A stretch of DNA of 64,000 nucleotides from Clostridia bacterium (GTDB lineage: Bacteria; Bacillota; Clostridia; Oscillospirales; SIG627). The stretch covers positions 26,472 to 90,471 of the forward strand of contig JAFSID010000102.1 of NCBI GenBank assembly GCA_017439965.1, written 5' to 3'. The translations under genes were made by a program, and so were the position numbers. Numbering within the stretch: the first letter of the stretch is position 1; each line of letters starts with the position of its first letter. Positions 1 to 5,927 of the stretch are shown piece by piece. The notes below the pieces were generated by a model. It searched no databases and had not been told where the DNA came from. It saw nothing but the letters and a program-made list of their open reading frames with translations.

Positions 1-921
1 TTTTTCTGCAAACCTGAGTCTTGCACTTCTCGAACGGTTGTTCTCGTCAAGCTCCCTCTTTCCTGCCGTTAACGCCTTGAACACCTTAAGCGTCGGCTTG
101 AAGCCGCACACACAGACGGGAAAGCTCGGAGGACAGGTACACCCCTTGGTCCTTTCGGCAAATACCTCCTTAACGGCTCTGTCCTCAAGTGAATGGAAGG
201 TGATGATAGCCACTCTTCCGCCCTCGCTTACACAGTCAACCATATCCGACACGGCGTCACGGAGTGCGCCTATCTCGTCGTTGACCTCAATTCTGATAGC
301 CTGGAAGGTACGGCGTGCGGGATGCTTCTCCTTGAGATAGGAGGAGGGCACGCTCGCCTTGATTATATCCACCAGCTCAAAGGTGGTAGTGATTCTTTTT
401 GTCTCTCTTGCCTGCACGATTCCCTTTGCGATTCGCGCAGCCCATTTTTCCTCGCCCCAGTCGAAAAGTATCCGACGAAGCTCTGACTCGGGATACTCGT
501 TGACCACCTGCTCGGCGTCAAGAGAATCCTCTCTATTCATCCTCATATCAAGAAAAGCATTGTGATGGAAGGAAAATCCACGCTCTGCGGTATCCAATTG
601 ATAGGATGACACGCCGAGATCCGCCGTGACTCCTTCCACCGAAACAATGCCAAGGGAGGAAAGAATTTGCTTAATGTTTTTGTAATTGTCGTGTACGAAG
701 GTAATTTTATCAAGATAAGGCTCAAGGCGTTTCTTCGACGCTTCAATCGCATCGGTATCGCGGTCGATACAAATAAGTCTGCCCGTCGTCAGCCTTTTGA
801 CTATCTCAAGGGAATGTCCGCCACCGCCGAGAGTACAGTCAACGTAGGTACCCGTCGGGTCAATGGCAAGTGCGTCAAGCGTTTCTTCAAGTAAAACTGA
901 ATAATGGTTGAACTCGCTCAT
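1..921 (-). CDS. rsmH: 16S rRNA (cytosine1402-N4)-methyltransferase RsmH, 3' end cut by window edge
   Basis: Absent from the ORF track because it is open at the window edge. My minus-strand translation from the ATG at 921-919 reads MSEFNHYSVLLEETLDAL..DCTLGGGGHS..ADLGVSSYQLD..ITFHSLEDR.. with no stop down to base 1. The start overlaps the mraZ stop (TGATG). The mraZ-rsmH order is canonical. Confidence 0.9.
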   Translation of the reverse strand, partial: MSEFNHYSVLLEETLDALAIDPTGTYVDCTLGGGGHSLEIVKRLTTGRLICIDRDTDAIEASKKRLEPYLDKITFVHDNYKNIKQILSSLGIVSVEGVTADLGVSSYQLDTAERGFSFHHNAFLDMRMNREDSLDAEQVVNEYPESELRRILFDWGEEKWAARIAKGIVQARETKRITTTFELVDIIKASVPSSYLKEKHPARRTFQAIRIEVNDEIGALRDAVSDMVDCVSEGGRVAIITFHSLEDRAVKEVFAERTKGCTCPPSFPVCVCGFKPTLKVFKALTAGKRELDENNRSRSARLRFAEK

Positions 922-1340
922 CAGAAATCAAGCTCCTCAAGAGCTGCAAGAACGGATGCCTCGCTGAGACTTTCGTTATAAGCATTCCAGTTTTCAACGC
1001 TCCATATCTCGCCTCTGTTCTCAATACCTATAATCATAACCTCTTTTTCAAGTCCTGCAAATTCGCGAAGCTCCTGAGGTACGACTACTCGTCCCTGAGA
1101 ATCACAGGTAACCTCTGCGGCGCTTGAGCAAAGATATCTCATAATATCGTCGGTCTTAAGCTTGGGAAGGGTCTTGAGCTTGCTCATATATTCCTCCCAC
1201 TCGTGAGGAGAGAATACATTTATGCATTTATGCTTAACGTTTTTGATGAGAATAAACTCCTCACCCTGCTTTTCACGGAATTTGGAGGGGATAAAAACTC
1301 TGCCCTTGGCATCAATGCTGTACGGAAAATTGCCAAGCAT
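921..1340 (-). CDS. mraZ: transcriptional regulator MraZ
   Basis: 139-aa ORF starting MLGNFPYSIDAKGRVFIPSKFR, with a duplicated SpoVT/AbrB-like half. It sits directly upstream of rsmH. Confidence 0.92.
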   Translation of the reverse strand: MLGNFPYSIDAKGRVFIPSKFREKQGEEFILIKNVKHKCINVFSPHEWEEYMSKLKTLPKLKTDDIMRYLCSSAAEVTCDSQGRVVVPQELREFAGLEKEVMIIGIENRGEIWSVENWNAYNESLSEASVLAALEELDF

Positions 1341-1429
1341 AACGTATCCTCCCTTCCAAAATTTAACTTTTGTGGGAAAATTACGGTGAAATTAATCATT
1401 TTTAACCATTTCCCACCACCGTTGGTTAT

Positions 1430-1458
1430 AGTATAACGCAGGAAAAGGAAAAATGCAA
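1430..1458 (-). promoter_or_regulatory. candidate sigma-A promoter of mraZ (TTGCAT-17-TATACT)
   Basis: On the minus strand, TTGCAT (1458-1453), a 17-nt spacer, then TATACT (1435-1430). GTGGG-containing boxes lie just downstream at 1372-1416. Confidence 0.45.
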
Positions 1459-1488
1459 GAGTTTTTTACTCATTAAATAAAATTTTTT

Positions 1489-1971
1489 TCATTTTCCTGC
1501 GTAAAATTTTTCGACAGTTTTTTGTGCATTTTGCGGTATAAGGGCTTTCCAGTCCCCCGACTGCTCCAAAAGGGCGCGCACCTTGGTAGAGGAGGTATCG
1601 TTTTCGGTGAGCTCTGACGGTAAAAGAAGAGTTTCGACTCCGCTTTTATCAAAATTAAAATACGCCATATCACGCTCGTAGGTAAAATCCCTCTCATTGC
1701 GTACTCCCTTGACGAGTACGCAGGGCTTATGAGCGTTAAGATACTCGTAAAGCCAGCCCGAATGAATTTCGGCTGTAACGTTAGGTATATCCGAAAACGC
1801 CGCCCTGACTATCTCAAGCCTCTCCTCCGAGGTGAAGGTATATGATTTTTCAAAGTTCTGACAGACCAGCACTGTCACTCGGTCAAAGAGCCTTGACGCT
1901 CGGAGAACGAGTGAATAATGACCCGTGGTCAATGGGTCAAAGCTTCCGGGGATTATCGCAACACGGCTCAT
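1489..1971 (-). CDS. coaD: pantetheine-phosphate adenylyltransferase
   Basis: 160 aa. MSRVAIIPGSFDPLTTGHYSLV contains the T/HxGH nucleotidyltransferase motif. It overlaps the rsmD stop by 4 nt. Confidence 0.92.
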   Translation of the reverse strand: MSRVAIIPGSFDPLTTGHYSLVLRASRLFDRVTVLVCQNFEKSYTFTSEERLEIVRAAFSDIPNVTAEIHSGWLYEYLNAHKPCVLVKGVRNERDFTYERDMAYFNFDKSGVETLLLPSELTENDTSSTKVRALLEQSGDWKALIPQNAQKTVEKFYAGK

Positions 1972-2516
1972 TTTTTACCCACCGCGTGTATATACGTCTT
2001 ACCGTATTTGTATCTCTTCTTGACCTCAGCACCCACAGCGTCAAGCGCCTCGGTGTCAAGCTCGGGCTTATCGTTTTCACAAAGGATAACGCCGTCCTCG
2101 GCAAGCGCTCCGTAGCGAAGTATCTTCTTGACTATCTCAGGCATTATGTCCATATGATAGGGCGGGTCTACGAAAATAAAATGGAAGGTCTCCTTATTCT
2201 TTTTGAGAAAGTCAGTGTAATCCATACGGGCAACCCTGCACTGTGAAAAGAGCTTCGCTCTCTGTGCGTTACGCTTGACCATCTCAACCGACTTTTCCGA
2301 CTCGTCAATGAACACCGCAAGCTCCGCTCCTCTGCTGAGAGCCTCAAGTCCGAGCTGACCGCTGCCTGCAAAAAGGTCGAGCACACGTCTGCCGTCAAGG
2401 TCAAACTGTATCGAGCTGAAGAGCCCCTCCTTTGCCATTTCGGTGGTGGGTCTTACCGCATCTCCCGCAACGGTGTCAAGATGAGTGCCTCTTGCCTTTC
2501 CCGTGATTATTCTCAT
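1968..2516 (-). CDS. rsmD: 16S rRNA (guanine966-N2)-methyltransferase RsmD
   Basis: 182 aa with VLDLFAGSGQLGLEALSRGA (SAM motif I) and VDPPY (motif IV). The rsmD-coaD pairing is typical. Confidence 0.9.
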   Translation of the reverse strand: MRIITGKARGTHLDTVAGDAVRPTTEMAKEGLFSSIQFDLDGRRVLDLFAGSGQLGLEALSRGAELAVFIDESEKSVEMVKRNAQRAKLFSQCRVARMDYTDFLKKNKETFHFIFVDPPYHMDIMPEIVKKILRYGALAEDGVILCENDKPELDTEALDAVGAEVKKRYKYGKTYIHAVGKK

Positions 2517-2762
2517 TTATGTTAACTCCTCTATATCTCAATTGTTTCAAAAAAACTGTTTTCCTTTAGAAAATATGCTATTTTTCCATATATATCTATC
2601 TTAATATATTAAATTGAAAATGTCAAGTTTTTAACAAAAATATATTTTGAACAATTTTATTCTAAAAATCACCGACATCCTCGTTGTTTACGATAAATAT
2701 TTCTCGTTTAACCGTTTTTCGCCAAAATATATACGAAAGTGTTCACCGCCTTCCGAAAATTA

Positions 2763-2791
2763 TTGACTTATATTATCTTATGTGGTAAACT
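2763..2791 (+). promoter_or_regulatory. candidate sigma-A promoter (TTGACT-17-TAAACT) for the aminotransferase gene
   Basis: TTGACT at 2763-2768, a 17-nt spacer, TAAACT at 2786-2791. An AGGAG SD precedes the ATG at 2825. Confidence 0.45.
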
Positions 2792-2824
2792 TTTATCAAG
2801 TTATTTTTTATTCAGGAGATAGTT

Positions 2825-4039
2825 ATGATAGAAACCAAGCGTTCAGATAAGCTTCAATACGTTCACTCGGATATAAGAGGTCCCGTTTTTGTTGAGGCTC
2901 TCAAAATGGAAAAGGAGGGCACGAAGGTTTTAAAGCTTAACACGGGTAACCCTGCAACCTTCGGCTTCAAAATGCCCGACAGCGTTAAGACCGCGCTCCT
3001 CGAAAATGCAGACAAGGCAGTTGCCTACTGCGACCTCAGAGGTATGCCCGCTGCAAGAGACGCGATTTACGAATATCACAAAAAGAAGGGTATCGAAAAG
3101 CTCGACCGTGACAATATCTTTATCGGCAACGGTGTAAGCGAGCTTGTGTCGATGGTTACCACCGCACTCGTCAACTACGGTGACGAGGTGCTCGTCCCCT
3201 GCCCCTGCTACTCTCTCTGGACAAACACAGTAAGAATTGCAGGCGGTGTACCCGTACACTACGTGTGCGACGAGTCGTCGGATTGGTATCCCGACCTTAA
3301 CGATATCAGAAGCAAGATAACCCCCAAGACACGTGCAATAGTTATCATCAACCCCAACAACCCCACGGGTGCGCTTTATCCCGATGAGGTACTCCTTGAG
3401 ATAATCAAGATTGCAAAGGAGCACAACCTCATCATCTGCGCGGACGAGATTTACGACAGACTTCTGCTTGACGGCAAGAAGCATACCGCTCTCGCCTCGC
3501 TCTCGGGTGACCTTCCCGTCATCACCTTCAACGGCCTTTCCAAGTCCCACATTATCTGCGGATTCCGTTGCGGATGGATGTGTGTAAGCGGTGACACCTC
3601 AAAGTGCGAGGACTTCATTCAGGGTCTCGTTGCGCTTGCGGCAATGCGCCTTTGCTCTAACGCTCTTATGCAGCTCGTTATCCCCGCGGCGCTTGAGGAT
3701 AACGCAAGCACTCAGGCGATGATGGTACCGGGCGGACGCCTTTACGATCAGCGTGAGGCTTGTTGCTCGGCTATGGACAAGATAGACGATATCAGCTATG
3801 TCAAGAACTCGGGCGCTTTCTACATCTTCCCGAAATTTGACGCAAAGAAGCACAATATCACCGACGACAGAAAATTTGCCTTTGACCTTCTAAAAGCAAA
3901 GCATATACTCATCGTACCCGGCAGCGGCTTCGATTGGCCCGACCCCGACCATTTCCGCGTTGTTATGCTTCCCGAGGCCGAAAAGCTTCACAACGCTATG
4001 CTCGAAATAGGCGATTTTCTCGAAACCTATCATCAGTGA
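2825..4039 (+). CDS. alaA: PLP-dependent aminotransferase, AlaA-type (glutamate-pyruvate aminotransferase family)
   Basis: 404 aa. From memory it is collinear with E. coli AlaA (DIRGP..KVLKLNTGNPA.FGF..VHYVCDESSDWYPDL..IVIINPNNPTGA..FNGLSKSHIICGFRCGW). Confidence 0.8.
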   Translation: MIETKRSDKLQYVHSDIRGPVFVEALKMEKEGTKVLKLNTGNPATFGFKMPDSVKTALLENADKAVAYCDLRGMPAARDAIYEYHKKKGIEKLDRDNIFIGNGVSELVSMVTTALVNYGDEVLVPCPCYSLWTNTVRIAGGVPVHYVCDESSDWYPDLNDIRSKITPKTRAIVIINPNNPTGALYPDEVLLEIIKIAKEHNLIICADEIYDRLLLDGKKHTALASLSGDLPVITFNGLSKSHIICGFRCGWMCVSGDTSKCEDFIQGLVALAAMRLCSNALMQLVIPAALEDNASTQAMMVPGGRLYDQREACCSAMDKIDDISYVKNSGAFYIFPKFDAKKHNITDDRKFAFDLLKAKHILIVPGSGFDWPDPDHFRVVMLPEAEKLHNAMLEIGDFLETYHQ

Positions 4040-4134
4040 TACGAAATGTGTTAAAAGCTTTGATTTTAACGAGGTTTTTATCACAAAAAACTTGACTTTT
4101 TTTGATTTATCCCGACTTTTATGTTTGTTTTGTG

Positions 4135-4164
4135 TTGACTTTATATGCTTTTATGGTGTATAAT
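4135..4164 (+). promoter_or_regulatory. candidate sigma-A promoter of fba (TTGACT-18-TATAAT)
   Basis: TTGACT at 4135-4140 and TATAAT at 4159-4164, with an 18-nt spacer. Confidence 0.45.
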
Positions 4165-4242
4165 ATCATTGGAAACAAATGTAGCCGAGAGAGGTATATC
4201 CGCATACCGCTCACGGCAAGTGATAAAACGGAGGAAAATATT

Positions 4243-5178
4243 ATGTTAGTTAACATGAACGAGGTACTCTACCCTGCTAAAAAGAATAAGTACGGCGTAG
4301 GTCTTTTCAATGCAGTAAGCATGGAGCTTGCAAGAGGTATCATTCAGGCGGCTGAGCAGACAGGCTCTCCCGTTATTATGGGTACCGCAGAGGTGCTTCT
4401 TCCCTACTGTCCTCTTGAGGAGGTTTCCTACTATCTTATTCCTATGGCTAAGAAGGCAAGAGTTCCGATCGTTGCTCACCTTGACCACGGTCTTAAGAAG
4501 GAGACCTGCATCAAGGCTCTTGAGCTTGGCTTTACGTCCATTATGTACGACTGCTCGACCGATTCCTACGAGGACAACGTAAGAAAGGTTCGTGAGATGG
4601 CAGACATCGCACACTCCTACGGAGCTACCATTGAGGGTGAGCTCGGACACGTAGGCGGTGTTGAGGGTGGCACGGGTGCAGATCAGGAAGAGGATCCCAC
4701 CAAGTACTACACCGATCCCGAGCAGGCATACGATTTCGTCACAAGAACTAAGGTTGACGCGCTTGCAATTGCAGTAGGCACCGCACACGGCGCTTACAAG
4801 CTTCCCCCCAAGCTCGACTTCAACAGAATTGAGACTATCGCAAACACCGTTGACGTGCCCCTCGTACTTCACGGCGGCTCAGGTCTTACCGACAACGATT
4901 TCAGAACTGCAATAGAAAAGGGTATTTCTAAGGTAAATATCTTTACCGATATCAATATCGCGGCAGTTGAGGCTGAATTCCGTGCGTTCACAGATATGAA
5001 CAAGGGTATCACCGACCTCATCCCTGCGGCAGTTGAAGCTATCCGCAAGGCAGTTGTAGAAAAGCTCGAGCTCTTCAACAGCTGTGGCAGAGGCTTACAG
5101 CAGACTCCCGGCGAGATTGACATCAACGACCTCGTTGCAAAGGTTACCGCTGAGGTCCTCAAGCATATGGGCAAATAA
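4243..5178 (+). CDS. fba: class II fructose-/ketose-bisphosphate aldolase with a C-terminal extension of about 27 aa
   Basis: The ORF track starts at 4102, but a GGAGG SD (4231-4235 region) precedes the in-frame ATG at 4243 (MLVNMNEVLYPAKKNKYGVGLFN..). Class II motifs are present: AHLDHG, HGGSG. The tail LQQTPGEIDINDLVAKVTAEVLKHMGK lies beyond the usual ..LF.S.G. end. Confidence 0.88.
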   Translation: MLVNMNEVLYPAKKNKYGVGLFNAVSMELARGIIQAAEQTGSPVIMGTAEVLLPYCPLEEVSYYLIPMAKKARVPIVAHLDHGLKKETCIKALELGFTSIMYDCSTDSYEDNVRKVREMADIAHSYGATIEGELGHVGGVEGGTGADQEEDPTKYYTDPEQAYDFVTRTKVDALAIAVGTAHGAYKLPPKLDFNRIETIANTVDVPLVLHGGSGLTDNDFRTAIEKGISKVNIFTDINIAAVEAEFRAFTDMNKGITDLIPAAVEAIRKAVVEKLELFNSCGRGLQQTPGEIDINDLVAKVTAEVLKHMGK

Positions 5179-5183
5179 TCAAA
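5134..5183. repeat. direct repeat copy 1 (50 bp, att-like): last 14 codons, stop and 5 nt of fba
   Basis: GTTGCAAAGGTTACCGCTGAGGTCCTCAAGCATATGGGCAAATAATCAAA is identical at 5819-5868. Identity ends abruptly on both sides. Confidence 0.95.
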
Positions 5184-5192
5184 TAATTATTT

Positions 5193-5227
5193 AAGGAAGG
5201 CTTAACCGCCTTCCTTATTTTTTATTT
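5193..5227 (+). terminator. rho-independent terminator after fba (inside the insert)
   Basis: AAGGAAGGC (5193-5201) pairs with GCCTTCCTT (5208-5216) around a 6-nt loop, followed by ATTTTTTATTT. Confidence 0.8.
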
Positions 5228-5304
5228 CAAAATAGTCCTTGACAAACATATATTCAGGAGCAATTCCCCAAGCCTTCCCGATTTGTGTTACCAAACATAT
5301 AATA

Positions 5305-5340
5305 GCACAAATCTGTGCGATTGTCAGCACAAATTTGTGT
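5305..5340. promoter_or_regulatory. two operator-like palindromes GCACAAAT(C/T)TGTG, 22 bp apart
   Basis: GCACAAATCTGTGC at 5305-5318. GCACAAATTTGTGT at 5327-5340, whose core CACAAATTTGTG is a perfect 12-bp palindrome. A half-site ATTTGTGT lies at 5281-5288. Confidence 0.5.
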
Positions 5341-5365
5341 TATTGATTATAATTATAACGATATT

Positions 5366-5543
5366 CGAAAGTCGAAATTCAAGAATTTCGACAGCAAAGC
5401 TTTGTTTTGCTAACAGTTTTCTTTGAGAAAACTGTCGATTTTCGTTCAAATGAATGTAGTCCAAAAAGCAATATGCTTTTTGGGGAGGCTGATATATCAG
5501 CTTCGAAAAGGCTTTTTGCCTTTTCGACATCCTACATTCATTA
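5366..5543 (+). other. hairpin cluster folding as two tandem four-way junctions (candidate structured RNA or ssDNA element)
   Basis: Module 1 (5366-5444): closing pair CGAAA/TTTCG and hairpins 5371-5392, 5393-5411, 5413-5435. Module 2 (5449-5543): an 11-bp closing stem AATGAATGTAG/CTACATTCATT and hairpins 5461-5483, 5485-5504, 5504-5526. All were paired by hand. Confidence 0.35.
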
Positions 5544-5558
5544 TTCTGAGGTGAAGTT

Positions 5559-5780
5559 ATGAAAAAATATCAAAACAGACTTAGAGACTTACGTCAGGAT
5601 AAGGATTTAACTCAAGAAGAAATTGCAAAAGTGTTCTTCCTGCAAACCACACAATACAGACGTTACGAAAACGGAGAAACCGATTTGCCGCTCGAATGGG
5701 CGAAAAAATTTGCCGTATACTATAACGTGTCAATTGATTACATAGCAGGACTTACCGATACTCCTAAAAGCTACAAATAG
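5559..5780 (+). CDS. XRE-family helix-turn-helix transcriptional regulator
   Basis: 73 aa. LRQDKDLTQEEIAKVFFLQTTQYRRYENGETDLPLEWAKKFAVYYNVSIDYIAG is a typical HTH_3 (Cro/C1) pattern. GAGGTG SD at 5548-5553. Confidence 0.85.
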   Translation: MKKYQNRLRDLRQDKDLTQEEIAKVFFLQTTQYRRYENGETDLPLEWAKKFAVYYNVSIDYIAGLTDTPKSYK

Positions 5781-5818
5781 ATTTAAAGCATATATTCAAG
5801 CAGAAGACGAAGCACGTT

Positions 5819-5868
5819 GTTGCAAAGGTTACCGCTGAGGTCCTCAAGCATATGGGCAAATAATCAAA
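5819..5868. repeat. direct repeat copy 2 (50 bp), a non-coding duplicate of the fba 3' end
   Basis: Identical to 5134-5183. The upstream in-frame sequence hits a stop codon 18 codons upstream (TAA at 5765-5767), so this copy is not part of a gene. Confidence 0.95.
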
Positions 5869-5874
5869 CACAAC

Positions 5875-5925
5875 AAAAAGGCTGAGCCTAAACACTCTAA
5901 AAAGTGAAGCTCAGCTTTTTTCTTT
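5875..5925. terminator. bidirectional rho-independent terminator (probable native fba terminator; also serves the nuclease gene)
   Basis: GCTGAGC (5881-5887) pairs with GCTCAGC (5909-5915). An A-run lies upstream and TTTTTTCTTTTTT downstream. Confidence 0.65.
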
Positions 5926-5927
5926 TT

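Larger units (their letters stand above)
5184..5818. mobile_element. candidate integrase-less integrated element remnant (CIME-like) bracketed by the 50-bp repeat
   Basis: It is flanked by perfect direct repeats of the 3' end of a housekeeping gene. It carries its own terminator, XRE operators, a hairpin cluster and an XRE gene. No recombinase ORF is present. Confidence 0.4.

Noticed and set aside
2930-3550. Long antisense ORFs listed in the track inside well-supported genes. Examples: 2930-3550(-), 4246-4872(-), 10732-11382(+), 26285-27016(+), 27940-28827(+), 30910-31662(-), 38128-38754(+), 41531-42148(-), 45865-46746(+), 53688-54470(+), 54725-55444(+), 60376-60942(-).
   Set aside because: Each lies fully opposite a gene with clear family motifs, lacks an SD, and translates to low-complexity or Arg/Ser/Val-rich strings typical of shadow frames. 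None has recognisable motifs.
4102-4242. N-terminal extensions implied by the longest-ORF starts: fba 4102, HTH 8244, yerC-like 19560, pepS 30251, ATPase 30983, EF-G 35233, ABC 40524, CPBP 46052, tex 57412, DUF3343 62371.
   Set aside because: In each case an internal ATG is preceded by a GGAGG-type SD at 5-9 nt. The extra residues are hydrophobic or odd leader strings absent from the family N-termini I know. I used the internal starts.
4165-4242. Stable imperfect hairpin in the fba 5' UTR (about 4178-4211, GCCGAGAGAGGTAT..ATACCGCTCACGGC) that might be a riboswitch.
   Set aside because: It has no following U-tract, no alternative pairing with the SD that I could find, and no resemblance to a riboswitch class I know. 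It is probably an mRNA-stabilising or incidental hairpin.
5324-5530. 68-aa minus-strand ORF across the hairpin cluster in the fba insert.
   Set aside because: It has no SD, and its sequence is dictated by the palindromes (runs such as NIVIIIINN). The region is better explained as structured non-coding DNA or RNA.
5449-5543. A cloverleaf-shaped fold that could suggest a tRNA or tRNA-like gene.
   Set aside because: The stem lengths (11, 9, 8, 9 bp) and loops do not fit tRNA geometry. There are no conserved D/T-loop residues (GG, GTTCRA) and no CCA context. It is kept only as an unclassified structure.
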